64,000 nucleotides of DNA, taken from NCBI GenBank assembly GCA_963810095.1, contig CAWEMM010000006.1:1696001-1760000 (forward strand). The letters run 5' to 3'. Position numbers and translations under genes: made by a program. The DNA is from an uncultured Chloroflexia bacterium (GTDB lineage Bacteria; Chloroflexota; Anaerolineae; CG2-30-64-16). Of the stretch, positions 21,491-33,275 are shown piece after piece; positions within the stretch are counted from its first letter, which is position 1; each line of letters starts with the position of its first letter. The notes beneath the pieces were generated by a model that worked only from the letters and a program-made list of their open reading frames with translations, was not told the origin of the DNA and made no database searches.

Positions 21491-21540
21491 GCACTTATGT
21501 CTTGGCCCGCACTTATGCCGTGACGCTGTACTTATGCCTT
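21491..21540. repeat. Three direct repeats G(C/T)ACTTATG between divergent genes
   Basis: Copies start at 21491, 21509 and 21528. Confidence 0.7.
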
Positions 21541-21580
21541 GAACCGCGCTGTGCTACACTGAGTGGGGAGGACGAACACC

Positions 21581-22499
21581 GTGACTGCGAACCTTGCACC
21601 GATTCAGACTAACGGCGCGGACCCGCGCCGCACCGTGGCGCTCGAGTCGACCGTCATATCCCACGGCCTGCCGTATCCGCACAACCTGGAGACCGCCGTC
21701 GCGCTCGAGGAGATTATCAGTGCGGAAGGCGCCTACCCGGCGACCGTCGGCATCATCAAGGGCGAGATCATCGTGGGGCTGAGCCGCCCCCACATCAAAT
21801 ACCTGGCGACCGCCCCCGGCGTGCGGAAGGTCAGCCGGCGAGACCTGCCGATCGTCGTGGCGCAGAAACTGGACGGTGCGACGACGGTCGCGACGACCGC
21901 GTGGGCCGCGCATCGCGCAGGCGTGCAGGTGTTTGCCACGGGCGGAATCGGCGGGGTGCACCGGGCTAACCCGGACGGCGCGGCCGCGTACCTCTCGGTC
22001 GACGTCTCGGCCGACTTGCCCGAGCTGGCGCAGACGCCGGTCATTGTGGTATGCGCCGGTGCGAAGGCGATCCTCGATCTGCCTGCGACGCTGGAGTGGC
22101 TCGAAACGCACGGGGTGACGGTGGTGGGCTATCAAACCGACCGCTTCCCGGCGTTTTACAACCGCGATAGCGGGCTGCCCGTCGACGTGCGGGCGGACAC
22201 GCCGGGCGAAGTCGCCGCGCTCTTTCGTGCGCAGCGTGCGCTGGGGCTGCCCTGCGGGCTTGCTGGTGACGGTGCCGCTGCCCGAGGCGGACGAACTGCC
22301 GCGTGAGCAGGTGGAGACCGAGATCAACCAGGCGCTGAGCGAGGCCGCAGCCAAGGGCGTGCGGGGGCGCGCGCTCACCCCCTTCCTGCTCGGACGCCTG
22401 GGCGAGCTGACCGGCGAGGCCAGCCTGCGAGCGAACCTGGCCCTCTTAAAGAACAATGCGGCCGTTGCCGCGCGTATTGCGCTGGCACTGGCCGCATGA
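21581..22499 (+). CDS. psuG: Pseudouridine-5'-phosphate glycosidase (frameshift near 22258)
   Basis: VALESTVISHGLPYP, KVSRRD, FATGGIGGVHR, DVSADL; C-terminus LTPFLL..NLALLKNNA in the next frame. Confidence 0.93.
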
Positions 22500-22544
22500 A
22501 CTTGGGGGCGGCATGGGGTCGCCCCCAGATTTTGAGCAAGTGTG

Positions 22545-25061
22545 TTAGCTTGCCATCTCGCCGTTGAAGTGATGCGTCATCGGCAGCTCGACTGCGATGG
22601 GCTCGGCAGATTGGTTCTGGAAGGTGAGCTGCGTGCGGCCGTCGTCGTCCGTGGCCGCGTCCACGATCACGGTGTCCCCGTCCTTGAACTCGCCGGCCAG
22701 CAGGCGCTTCGCCAGCGGGTTCTCCACGTAGCGCTCCAACGTTCGGCGCACGGGCCGCGCACCGAACTGCGGGTCGTAGCCCTCCTGTGCCAGCCAGTCG
22801 CGAGCCCCTTCGGCCAGCTCGATCTTGAGCCCTTGCTCGGCAAGCCGGCCGCTGATCTCGGCCATCTGCAGGTCCACGATCGCCTTCACGTGCTCCTTGG
22901 TCAGGCTGTGGAAGATGATAACCTCGTCCACCCGATTCAAGAACTCGGGGCGGAACGTTTGCTTTAGATCCCGCTCGATGTTTTCGCGCAGCTGGCGCTC
23001 CTGCGCGCTGAGCTCATCCTGCCGGATGAAGCCCAGCGTGCCGCCCGAACGGACAAAGCCCGTCCCGATGTTGGAGGTCATCACGATGACCGTGTTCCGG
23101 AAGTCGACAACGTGCCCCTGCCCGTCCGTGAGCCGCCCGTCCTCCAGGATCTGAAGCAGGGCGTTCCAAACCTCGGGGTGCGCCTTCTCGATCTCGTCAA
23201 ACAGAATGACCCGGTAGGGGCGCCGGCGAACGGCTTCAGTCAACTGCCCGCCCTCGTCGTAACCGACGTAGCCGGGCGGCGCACCGAACAGGCGGCTCAC
23301 CGTGTGGCGCTCCTGGTACTCGCTCATGTCGATGCGCACGAGCGCGTCTTCGTCGTCGAACAGGAACTCGGCGACGGCCTTGGCCAGCTCTGTCTTGCCC
23401 ACGCCCGACGAGCCCAGGAAGATGAAGCTGCCGATGGGCCGCCGCGGGTTTTTCAAGCCGCTGCGGCTGCGGCGCAGCGCGTCCGAGATCGCCCGGATCG
23501 CTTCGTCCTGGCCCACGACCCGGCGGTGCAGCTCTTCTTCCATGCGCAGCAGCTTGGCCGTCTCGCCCTCGAGCATGCTGTTGACCGGGATGCCGGTCCA
23601 GCGGGCGACGACCTTGGCGATGTCGCCGGCATCGACCACCTCGTCGAGGCCGCTGGTTTGTTTCCACCCCGTGAAGTCGCTCTCGTACTGCGACCCCAGC
23701 TTCAGCCGGTCGCTCTTGAGCTCGGCCGCCCGGGCATAATCGTTGGCGGCGAAGGCCGCGTCCTCCTCCGCTTTCAGCTCGGTGAGGCGTTTCTTCGCGC
23801 TCTTCAGCGGCTGGGGCATGGTGAACAGCGAAACGCGCAGGCCCGCGCCGGCCTCGTCGATCAGGTCGATGGCCTTATCGGGCAGGCGGCGGTCGGTCAC
23901 GTAGCGGTGCGACAACCGGGTTGCCGCGACGAGCGCCTCGTCGGTGAAGGTCACCTGGTGGTGCTTCTCATACCGGTCGCGCACGCCCCGCAGGATCTCG
24001 ATCGCGTCTTCCACCGTCGGCTCGTCCACGTAGATGGGGGCAAACCGGCGCTCCAGTGCGCTGTCCTTCTCGATGTGCTGCCGGTATTCGTCCAGGGTGG
24101 TCGCGCCGATGCAGCGCAGCTCGCCCCGGGCGAGTGCGGGCTTGAGCATGTTGGATGCGTCGACCGCACCCTGGGCTGCCCCCGCGCCGACGACCGTGTG
24201 CAGCTCGTCGATGAAGAGGATGAGCTCGCCCTCCGCCTTTTGCACCTCTTCGATGGTCGACTTCAGGCGTTCCTCGAATTCGCCCCGGAACCGGGTGCCC
24301 GCAATCATCGCGCCCAAGTCCAGACTCATCAGGCGCTTGCCAACGAGGCTTTCGGGCACGTCTTCCGCGATGATCTTCTGGGCCAGGCCCTCGACGATGG
24401 CGGTTTTGCCCACGCCTGCCTCGCCGATGAGGACCGGGTTGTTCTTCGTGCGGCGGCTGAGCACCTGGATCACGCGCAGGATCTCGGCATCGCGGCCGAT
24501 GACGGGGTCGAGCTTGCCCTCGCGGGCTGCCGCGGTCAGGTCACGGGCGTATTTCTCGAGCGTGCGGTAGCGGCTTTCGGCCTGGGGGGTGCTCGCCTTT
24601 TGACCGCCGCGTCCTTCTTCAATTGCTTTCAAAACCATCTCTCGTGTGATCCGCGCCTCGCGCAACAGCCCGGCGGAAAAGCCGCCGCGCTCGCTCAGCG
24701 TGCCCAGCAGAAGGTGTTCGGTAGAGATGTATTCGTCCTGCAGCAGTCGCGCCTCCTCGGTGGCCTGGTCGATGACCCGCTTTAGCCGGGGCGTGATGAA
24801 GACCTGCGCCACCGCTTGCGGGAACATGGCCGGGCCGGCCGCGCGGGGGGTGCGCTGCAGGTTGTCCATCAGCCGTTCCTTCATGATATCGATCGGCGCA
24901 CCCATCCGCTCGACGAGGTCTGCTACCAGGCCCTTGGGCTGCTCGAGCAGCGCCAGGAAAAGGTGCTCCACGTCCACCTGGCTGTGGCCGTATCTTTGCA
25001 TTATCTCATACGCGCGCATGGCAGCGTCCTGCGCACGCTCCGTAAAACGATCAAATCGCAT
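22545..25061 (-). CDS. clpC: ATP-dependent Clp protease ATPase, ClpC type
   Basis: Clp-N repeats, two AAA+ modules ([17 protein letters not shown]), short UVR-type M domain, LGF ClpP-docking loop. Confidence 0.9.
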   Translation of the reverse strand: MRFDRFTERAQDAAMRAYEIMQRYGHSQVDVEHLFLALLEQPKGLVADLVERMGAPIDIMKERLMDNLQRTPRAAGPAMFPQAVAQVFITPRLKRVIDQATEEARLLQDEYISTEHLLLGTLSERGGFSAGLLREARITREMVLKAIEEGRGGQKASTPQAESRYRTLEKYARDLTAAAREGKLDPVIGRDAEILRVIQVLSRRTKNNPVLIGEAGVGKTAIVEGLAQKIIAEDVPESLVGKRLMSLDLGAMIAGTRFRGEFEERLKSTIEEVQKAEGELILFIDELHTVVGAGAAQGAVDASNMLKPALARGELRCIGATTLDEYRQHIEKDSALERRFAPIYVDEPTVEDAIEILRGVRDRYEKHHQVTFTDEALVAATRLSHRYVTDRRLPDKAIDLIDEAGAGLRVSLFTMPQPLKSAKKRLTELKAEEDAAFAANDYARAAELKSDRLKLGSQYESDFTGWKQTSGLDEVVDAGDIAKVVARWTGIPVNSMLEGETAKLLRMEEELHRRVVGQDEAIRAISDALRRSRSGLKNPRRPIGSFIFLGSSGVGKTELAKAVAEFLFDDEDALVRIDMSEYQERHTVSRLFGAPPGYVGYDEGGQLTEAVRRRPYRVILFDEIEKAHPEVWNALLQILEDGRLTDGQGHVVDFRNTVIVMTSNIGTGFVRSGGTLGFIRQDELSAQERQLRENIERDLKQTFRPEFLNRVDEVIIFHSLTKEHVKAIVDLQMAEISGRLAEQGLKIELAEGARDWLAQEGYDPQFGARPVRRTLERYVENPLAKRLLAGEFKDGDTVIVDAATDDDGRTQLTFQNQSAEPIAVELPMTHHFNGEMAS

Positions 25062-25125
25062 ATCCGCGCCTCTTAAAAATGCCGCCTTTGCCGTCAGGCC
25101 ACCTGGATGCGGTGGCCCGGCCCCG

Positions 25126-25260
25126 AAAAGAGACAACCCGTAGCGCTTGGGGCACGCTACGGGTTGTTAGACGCTCCCATCTGCTACGACTTCTAGCTTC
25201 GATTCGTACCCTAACACTGAAGTGTTAACGTGAGCGTATGAATCGTTCCCAAAGCCGTTT
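25126..25260 (-). ncRNA. Candidate structured leader RNA ending in an intrinsic terminator upstream of clpC
   Basis: Long interrupted hairpin 25258-25186, small hairpin 25182-25169, perfect 13-bp stem 25167-25133 followed by CTCTTTT. Confidence 0.5.
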
Positions 25261-25366
25261 TTCTACCGCATTTCTAACGTAGGCAAACTCGCTTGTGATG
25301 GCGTCAGTTGTGGGCGGTTGACACAGGATGACACCCCGCAGAACCGCGCCGCTGCCGGCCCGGGAA

Positions 25367-26458
25367 TCAGTAGCGCAGCACCGCCGCGATCTGGCCGACC
25401 TCGGCCAGCCGGGTGTTGGGTTCCAGGGCCGACACCTTCACGCCCGCGTCCACCGCCGCATGGACGGCGAGGTTCACCACGTCGCCCGACGGTCGGAGCT
25501 TGCCCGCGCAGTAGGGGCAGGCTTCCAGGTTCTCCACCACCACGGCGCCGCAGTGGGCGCACTGTGCGCCCGGCCGGCGCAGCGCGGGATCGACGAGCAG
25601 CTGGTACACCCGGCCCTGCTGCAAGGCAGCCAGCGTGTCTTCCAGGCCGAGCGCGCCGGCGCCGCCCTTGTGCGCCAGCGTGATGACCTGTTCGAGAAGG
25701 TCGGCTTCCTGTTCCTTCTGGCTGGCTTGCGCCACTTCGTAGGCGCGTTCCCACGCCTCTGCCGGCGACGCGTTGACGTCTAGATTGATCGCGCCGACGA
25801 CCTTGTCGGCAAGCGCCCGCGGCATCTGGGTCTTGAATGCCGCCAGGTTTTCGTCCGTGCCCGAGATGACGGCGCGCGCTACATGCTGCTGCGCCAGGTA
25901 CTCCGCGGCCCACTCGGCCGAGTCGCGCAGGTTGTGCAGGGCCTCCTGATCCTCGTTGCGTTGGAGCTTTTGCGCGGCCAGGCCCCCTTGCCGGTGCCGC
26001 TTCACCTCGGCGCCCAGCGTGCCGGCCGTGTCGGCCAGCGCGCCCAGGCGGTAATTCAGGATGCGTGCGCCCTCGCGATCGACCATGATCACGGCGAACG
26101 ACTCGTAGTTGTCAAACAGATCGCTCAGGGGCTTGATGTAGGGACGCCGTCCGACGTAGACGGCGTTCTGCACCGGGACGAGGAGGGGAAAAGCGCGCCA
26201 GAACTTGCGCGCCTGGCAGCTGAAGCAAGCCACTGATCGCCCCTGGCGGTCGAATTCGCTTTCGAAGAAGCGCTCGATGCGCTCGATATCGGGAGCAGCG
26301 GCCCCCTGCTCGGCGGCCTGCGCAAGTAGCTGGCGCAGCGGAAGCTTGTGCTCGTCGCCCGACCGGTTGTGCCGGTCCAGGTTCAGGTAGAGGCTCAAGA
26401 CCGGTTCGTTGTCGGTGATCAGTTCGGCAAGTTCTTGCAGGTCCTGTTCTTGCATCAT
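25367..26458 (-). CDS. Bacterial aeRF1-like release-factor-fold protein (baeRF10-like) with zinc ribbon
   Basis: VLSLYLN, PYIKPL, MVDREGAR, KRHRQGGL, CAHC..CPYC, C-terminal IAAVLRY. Confidence 0.82.
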   Translation of the reverse strand: MMQEQDLQELAELITDNEPVLSLYLNLDRHNRSGDEHKLPLRQLLAQAAEQGAAAPDIERIERFFESEFDRQGRSVACFSCQARKFWRAFPLLVPVQNAVYVGRRPYIKPLSDLFDNYESFAVIMVDREGARILNYRLGALADTAGTLGAEVKRHRQGGLAAQKLQRNEDQEALHNLRDSAEWAAEYLAQQHVARAVISGTDENLAAFKTQMPRALADKVVGAINLDVNASPAEAWERAYEVAQASQKEQEADLLEQVITLAHKGGAGALGLEDTLAALQQGRVYQLLVDPALRRPGAQCAHCGAVVVENLEACPYCAGKLRPSGDVVNLAVHAAVDAGVKVSALEPNTRLAEVGQIAAVLRY

Positions 26459-26598
26459 CGTCTACGCTCCTATAGGCTCCACCGGCCAAAGCAGCATGCA
26501 CGGCTCTCGCGCTTACCTTCAAGCCTGCTTGCCTGCATGCGTGCAACGGCCCGTCCTGGCGGCATGCCAGTCGCGGGCCTGACTCAACGCCGATCCAC

Positions 26599-27588
26599 CT
26601 ATTTCGGGGAATCGCCGCGCAGTTGCGCGTGCAGTTGCGCCCACTGGCGTACGAGCTCCTCCTCGCGCTCGCTGAGTGTCTCGGGAATCATTACGCGCAC
26701 CTTCGCGTACAGGTCTCCCCGCTCGCTGCTCCTCAGCTTTGGCATGCCTTGGCCGGCGAGCCGGATTGTGCGACCCGATTGCGTTCCTTTGTTGATCTTC
26801 AAAGCGACCGTGCCGCCCAGCGTCGGGACGCGGACTTCGCCGCCCAACAGGGTGCTGAATAGGTCGACCGGGATTTCGGTGTAGAGGTCGTCGCCACGGC
26901 GTTCAAACACCGGGTCTGGCAGCACTTTCACGACGAGGTAGATGTCGCCGCGGGCGGCGCCGGGCGCGGCAGCCGGGCCTTCGCCGGCCATGCGGATGCG
27001 TGAGCCCGTCTTTACGCCCGCCGGGATTTTGACTTCGAGCCGGCGGCCGTCGACGTCGAGCATGCGCTGCCCGCCGCGGTAGGCCTCTTCGAGGGTGACC
27101 TCGATCTCGTGCTCGTAGTCTTGGGCCGGGGGTTGGGGAGCGGCCCGGCCTGCGCGCCGCCGCGTGCCCGTGGCTGCGGGTCCGGCGCCGCCGAAGATGG
27201 TCTGGAAGAAGTCGGAGAAGCCCTGCTCGCCGCCGAACAGGTCGTTCAGGTCGTTGATGTTGCCATATTCGACCCGCGTGCCGCCCGGCGCGCCCTGTCC
27301 GCGGGCGTTCGCGACGTAGTCGCTCCAGTCGAAGCCGCCGCCCGCGGCGCCGCCCTGCTGCCAGCGCTGGTAGTTCTGGCCTAATTCGTCATACTTACGC
27401 CGTTTTTCAGGATCGCCGAGGACCTCGTGCGCCTCGTTGATTTCCTTGAAGCGTGCTTCGGCGGCCGTGTCGCCGGGGTTCATGTCCGGGTGATATTGAC
27501 GGGCGAGCCGCCGGTACGCCTTCTTGATCTCTTTCTCGTCCGCGCTTCGTTCAACACCCAGAATCTTGTAGTAGTCCTTATACTCCAT
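26599..27588 (-). CDS. Class B J-domain protein (CbpA/DnaJ-like, no zinc finger)
   Basis: MEYKDYYKILGV, HPD, FSDFF, DnaJ C-terminal domain. Confidence 0.93.
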   Translation of the reverse strand: MEYKDYYKILGVERSADEKEIKKAYRRLARQYHPDMNPGDTAAEARFKEINEAHEVLGDPEKRRKYDELGQNYQRWQQGGAAGGGFDWSDYVANARGQGAPGGTRVEYGNINDLNDLFGGEQGFSDFFQTIFGGAGPAATGTRRRAGRAAPQPPAQDYEHEIEVTLEEAYRGGQRMLDVDGRRLEVKIPAGVKTGSRIRMAGEGPAAAPGAARGDIYLVVKVLPDPVFERRGDDLYTEIPVDLFSTLLGGEVRVPTLGGTVALKINKGTQSGRTIRLAGQGMPKLRSSERGDLYAKVRVMIPETLSEREEELVRQWAQLHAQLRGDSPK

Positions 27589-27631
27589 GCTGACTCCCGC
27601 TAGCCGGATGGCGAAGGGTGACAGTGAATTC

Positions 27632-27660
27632 AGTATAGCCGGGCCCCATGGGGCTGTCAA
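27632..27660 (-). promoter_or_regulatory. Sigma70-type promoter of the dnaJ-like gene
   Basis: TTGACA-17-TATACT. Confidence 0.7.
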
Positions 27661-27682
27661 GCGATTTTCCTCGCCGGGTCAG

Positions 27683-27734
27683 AGACGCAAAAAGGCACAG
27701 GCGCCAAGCCCGGCGCCTGTGCCTTTTTGCGTCT
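27683..27734 (-). terminator. Intrinsic terminator (bidirectional shape) after the LysM gene
   Basis: AGACGCAAAAAGGCACAGGCGCC / GGCGCCTGTGCCTTTTTGCGTCT. Confidence 0.85.
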
Positions 27735-27742
27735 AGAGGACG

Positions 27743-28573
27743 CTACGGAATGATCAGCTTCTGACCGACGGCGATCCGGTCGGGGTTCGTGATGTTGTTG
27801 GCCGCCTGGATCTGCTTGATCGTCACGCCAAACTTCCGCGCAATGGAGAGCAGGGTATCGCCGCGCTGGATCACGTAGCTTCGCCCCTGGCCCCCCGTCG
27901 GAACGGCGACGGCCGCGCCACCGCTGCCGGCCGGGATGGTCAGGCTTTGGCCGACCTTCAGCGCGTCCGGGTTCGCGAGCCCGTTGGCGCTGACGATGGC
28001 CTGGACCGTCGTGCCGAAGCGCTTGGCGATGGCGCCGAGCGTGTCGCCCGACTGCACGGTGTAGGCACTGGCGGTCGCGCGGGTGGCGCCCCCAGACGCT
28101 GCTCCGCCGGACGCTGCCGCACCCCCCGCGGCTGCCGCGCCGCCCGAAGCGGCCGCGCCCGGAATCTGCAGCTTCTGGCCCAGCATGAGCGTGTTGGGGT
28201 CGGCCAGGCTGTTGAGCTGGGTAATGGCCTCAGGGGTCGTGCCGAAGCGGGCGGCGATGGTGGCCAGCGTGTCGCCTGCCACAACCGTGTACGTGAATGC
28301 TTGCCCGGTTCCGGCCCCGGTTGCGGCTGCAGGGCTCACGACCACCTGCTGTGGCACAGGCGCGCTCGGCGTGGGCGCCGCACCGGCTGCGTCACTCGTC
28401 GTCGCGGCCGCGCCCGTGCCGCCGGGAGTAGGGGCGGCAACCGTGCCGCGTGCGGCGGCGGGGGTGGTGGTGGTCGAAGCCGGGACGGGCCGCTCCCGAT
28501 TGCAGGCGCTCAAGGACAGGGTTAGCAGAATCAGCAGGCTCAGGATCATTACAAGCCGTGGGCGATAGCTCAT
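27743..28573 (-). CDS. Lipoprotein with three LysM domains
   Basis: Lipobox LSAC; three YTV..GDTL..IA.RFG repeats; TTGACT-17-TATGAT promoter at 28656-28628. Confidence 0.9.
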   Translation of the reverse strand: MSYRPRLVMILSLLILLTLSLSACNRERPVPASTTTTPAAARGTVAAPTPGGTGAAATTSDAAGAAPTPSAPVPQQVVVSPAAATGAGTGQAFTYTVVAGDTLATIAARFGTTPEAITQLNSLADPNTLMLGQKLQIPGAAASGGAAAAGGAAASGGAASGGATRATASAYTVQSGDTLGAIAKRFGTTVQAIVSANGLANPDALKVGQSLTIPAGSGGAAVAVPTGGQGRSYVIQRGDTLLSIARKFGVTIKQIQAANNITNPDRIAVGQKLIIP

Positions 28574-28680
28574 GGAACCCTCCGTTGCGGACCGGCGTGA
28601 AAAAGGCAAATACGCGTATTTGTTACAATCATACCACAGGCTACACGCAGAGTCAATATGGCATTTTCTGGTTGACTTTG

Positions 28681-29877
<1,197 letters not shown>

Positions 29878-30140
29878 CGGGTAGCATCTCCTCGTTGAAG
29901 TGCTTGCGTTCGTCGCTGTGGGGCACGCCGGAGCGTCTGGCGGGCCGGCACGGACGACAGGCGCCAGTATAGCACTTCGAGGACGGCGTCGCAACGGGGA
30001 CGGCGCAGGCTCCGGGCCGCGCGAATTTCCTTGACCGCGGCCCGACGCAGTGCTAGTATGTCTTTAGGTTGCAGTGTTGCTGCAAATCAGTCGTCCACCG
30101 CCGATACACCCGCTTCGCAGTCTGGTGGAACGGAGGGAGC

Positions 30141-32771
30141 ATGGGCGATCTACCTTCGGGCCATCGTTCGACTTACCTGCCCTTTCAGTTGAGCAGCTTC
30201 GTCGGCCGCGAGCGCGAGATGGCCCAGCTCGAGCCGCTCGTCCTGCGTAACCGCCTCGTCACGCTGACCGGCGCAGGTGGCGCCGGGAAAAGCCGGCTGG
30301 CCTTCGAAGTCGCCAGTCGCCTTGCGCCCGAGTTCCCCGACGGCGTGTGCCCTGTCGAACTGGCCCCCCTGGAAGACCCGGCGCTTGTGCCCCGCGCCGT
30401 GGCGCACGCATTGGGCATTATCGACCAGGCAGATGACCGTTTGGTCTACAGCGTCATCGTGCGCCTGGATGCGGGCGAGCGTTTACTCGTCCTCGATAAT
30501 TGCGAGCACGTACTATTCAGTTGCGCCGCCCTCGTGGAGACCCTGCTCTGCCGCTGCTCGTCGGATCTGCGCATTCTGGCCACGAGCCGCGAGCCCCTCG
30601 CGGTGCCGGGTGAAGTGGTATGGCTCGTGCCTCCCCTTGCCGCGCCCGATGCCGGCGCCTTGCCCGACAGCGGCGCAGGTCCACAATTTGACACTATCGC
30701 GGCGTTTGAGGCCGTTCGCCTGTTTGCGGCGCGCGCCGCAAGTGTCGCGCCCGGTTTTACCCTCACGGCCGCGAATGCACCGGTCGTGGGCGAGCTTTGC
30801 GGGCGCCTGGAGGGACTGCCCCTCGCGATCGAACTTGCAGCAGGCCGCGTCCGGGTGCTGACCCCGCGCCAGCTCGCAGAGCGCCTGGCCGAGGGCTTGG
30901 ACGTACTCTCCGACGGCGCTCGGCCGGCTCTGCCCCACCACCACACCATGACGGCCGCTATCGGCTGGAGCTATTGCCAGTTGAGCGCAGAAGAGAGCGC
31001 CGCGCTCCGGCGCCTGTCGGTCTTTCGCGGGGGCTGGTCGCTTGACGCAGCCGAAGATGTTGGCGAGGGTGTTACGGCGCGGTCCGCCATCCTTGCCGTG
31101 CTCGCGCGGCTGGTGGAGCGTTCGCTCGTAGTGGCCGAAGCGCGCGACGACGAGATGCGCTACCGGCTGCTGGAACCCATCCGGCAGTACGCGGCCGAGC
31201 GACTGCGCGAGGCGGCCGAAGAGGACGCGGCCCGGGAACGACATTTTGCGCACTTCCTGGCGCTGGTGGAGACCGCCAGGCCCGAGCTGCGCCGCGCGGA
31301 CCAGCTCCAGTGGCTGGACCGGCTGGATCGGGAGCGCGACAACCTCCGGGCAGCGCTCAGCTACGGCTTGCAGCGCGCGTCCGCGTCCAGGGACTTCGCC
31401 CAGCAGTGCCTGCGCTTCGTCCATGCCCTCGAGCCGTACTGGTCCACGCGGGGCGACCAGCGCGAGGGCTTGCGCTGGACGGACGAGGCGCTGACGTCGG
31501 AGCATTCCGCAACACGTGACGTCTTGCGCATCAGGGCGCTCACTAGCGCGAGCCTGCTGGCGCAATCGCAGAATAAACCTGAGACCAGACAGGAACCCCA
31601 CGTGATAGAAGCCCTGGAGATCCTGAACGGAACGGATGAAAGCTGCGACCACGAGCGGGCCGAGGCGTTGCGCGTGCTGGGCCGGGCAAGAATGGGCTTC
31701 TTCGAGTGGAAGGGGGTCCGCGAGCTGTTCGAGGAAAGCCGGTCCCTGTTCCGAAAGACCGGCGACCGCCTCGGGGAGGCGGACTCAATAGCAGCGATAG
31801 GCAATTTTCTGCGCGAAGACGATCGGAACGAAGCGCGCGCGCTATTTCAGCAAAGCATTGCCATGTACGAGGAAGCCGGCGACCGCCTGGCGCAGCTAAA
31901 CCCGCGGCTTCAGCTGGGCCATATCTGCTTTTTCGGAGGAGAGCCGGAGCGCGCCGAGACCCTGCACCTCCAATGTCTCCATCTGGCCGAAGCGTCGGGC
32001 AACAAGTTCGAGGTCTGGCATGCCTTGCACAACCTCGGGGAGTGCACGCAGGCGGCCCTGGGCGACAACCGGAAGGCCGAGCCCTATCTGCGGCGCGCGT
32101 TGGAGCTTGCCCTCGAAAACGGATTCTCGTCGGGGGGAGTGGAGCAGGTCTGCCTGGCCGAGTGCGAGGCCGAACGGGGAAACATCAGGGAGGCGATGGC
32201 TTTCCTGCGCGAGGCGTTCGCTTGGGGCCGCGCGGCCTACGACGATGCCGTTGCCTTCATTTGGGGGGATGCCCGGCTGGCGCACGTTAGGATTGCGCAG
32301 CGGCGGTTTCGGGAGGCTGCCGTGCTGCTCGGCGCCAGCTTCAGGCTGGAAGATGCGCTTCCAGGCGGCCTCGACGAGATTATCCACAGCCTGCGGGACA
32401 GATATGTGGGCCTGGCACGCGCCAGGATGAGCCCCGGGGCCTTCGAGGCTGCATTTGCCGAGGGCCGGCACATGACGGTCGACGAGGCCGTAAGAATTGG
32501 GGTTGCAACCCTTGAAGAGGAGCCGACCGAACCGGCTCCCCAAACGCCAGCGCAGGCGGCGAAGCAGCAGTACGACGGAGTGACGGCGCGCGAGCGGGAG
32601 GTTGCGGCGTACGTGGGCCGCGGGCTGACGAACGCGGAAATCGCGGCGACGTTGAGCGTGAGCGAGCGGACGGTCGAAGTCCACGTCAGCAATATCCTGT
32701 CGAAGCTGGACTGCACATCGCGCACCCAGGTTGCCGCATGGGCCATACGCAAAGGGTTGACAAATACGTAG
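30141..32771 (+). CDS. STAND ATPase-TPR-LuxR HTH transcriptional regulator
   Basis: SFVGRERE, GAGGAGKSRL, LVLDNCEH, ATSREPL, GLPLAIELAA, TPR-like repeats, TAREREV..VEVHVSNILSKL. Confidence 0.92.
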   Translation: MGDLPSGHRSTYLPFQLSSFVGREREMAQLEPLVLRNRLVTLTGAGGAGKSRLAFEVASRLAPEFPDGVCPVELAPLEDPALVPRAVAHALGIIDQADDRLVYSVIVRLDAGERLLVLDNCEHVLFSCAALVETLLCRCSSDLRILATSREPLAVPGEVVWLVPPLAAPDAGALPDSGAGPQFDTIAAFEAVRLFAARAASVAPGFTLTAANAPVVGELCGRLEGLPLAIELAAGRVRVLTPRQLAERLAEGLDVLSDGARPALPHHHTMTAAIGWSYCQLSAEESAALRRLSVFRGGWSLDAAEDVGEGVTARSAILAVLARLVERSLVVAEARDDEMRYRLLEPIRQYAAERLREAAEEDAARERHFAHFLALVETARPELRRADQLQWLDRLDRERDNLRAALSYGLQRASASRDFAQQCLRFVHALEPYWSTRGDQREGLRWTDEALTSEHSATRDVLRIRALTSASLLAQSQNKPETRQEPHVIEALEILNGTDESCDHERAEALRVLGRARMGFFEWKGVRELFEESRSLFRKTGDRLGEADSIAAIGNFLREDDRNEARALFQQSIAMYEEAGDRLAQLNPRLQLGHICFFGGEPERAETLHLQCLHLAEASGNKFEVWHALHNLGECTQAALGDNRKAEPYLRRALELALENGFSSGGVEQVCLAECEAERGNIREAMAFLREAFAWGRAAYDDAVAFIWGDARLAHVRIAQRRFREAAVLLGASFRLEDALPGGLDEIIHSLRDRYVGLARARMSPGAFEAAFAEGRHMTVDEAVRIGVATLEEEPTEPAPQTPAQAAKQQYDGVTAREREVAAYVGRGLTNAEIAATLSVSERTVEVHVSNILSKLDCTSRTQVAAWAIRKGLTNT

Positions 32772-32801
32772 CCGAACAAAAAAACTAAGTGCTCCGCTGG
32801 A

Positions 32802-32843
32802 GAAAAGGCACGTGCTGGCACAGATGGCAGCACGTGCCTTTTC
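32802..32843 (+). terminator. Intrinsic terminator after the regulator
   Basis: GAAAAGGCACGTGCTG / CAGCACGTGCCTTTTC. Confidence 0.75.
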
Positions 32844-32900
32844 CATTAAGCTGGCGGCAAGATGGTGCTTGAATGCGTGACCAAATGAAAGGAGAGTCCG

Positions 32901-33221
32901 ATGAACGCACGATCTCAGGCCAGCATGGCCCTATTGACGGCGGTGCTCCTGGTCCTCGCCGTGGGATGGACCGGGGCGACTGCAGCACCTGCGGGTGCAG
33001 CAGGTGCTGCGGGGGCGTTTCCCGGGCGGCAGGGCCAGTTGATGGCGGCGGAGTGTCAGTTGGAGCGGGCGCCGATGCGCTGCGAAAGGAGCTCAACCCA
33101 GTGGCATTGCAGCTGTGGCGCGGCGACCCTGGCCGCGCACACCGAGGTTCTGTCTCTTGTCTTGCCGGGTGAGGAGACCACGTGGCAGCCCAGGCAGCGG
33201 CATGGCCTGGCAGCTAAGTGA
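32901..33221 (+). CDS. Small secreted Cys-containing hypothetical protein
   Basis: RBS GAAAGGAG, hydrophobic signal ending ATA|A, four Cys, hairpin downstream. Confidence 0.55.
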   Translation: MNARSQASMALLTAVLLVLAVGWTGATAAPAGAAGAAGAFPGRQGQLMAAECQLERAPMRCERSSTQWHCSCGAATLAAHTEVLSLVLPGEETTWQPRQRHGLAAK

Positions 33222-33275
33222 TCGGGCCGGGGATCTGCCGTCAGTGGGGGCACTCGCCGGGAACCAGGGAAACAA

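Noticed and set aside
21491-21540. Mini CRISPR array
   Set aside because: Repeats of 9-10 bp with ~9-bp spacers are far too short, and no cas genes are present.
25211-25228. CIRCE element upstream of clpC
   Set aside because: TAACACT-GA-AGTGTTA lacks the 9-nt spacer and arms of TTAGCACTC-N9-GAGTGCTAA; it fits better as an RNA stem.
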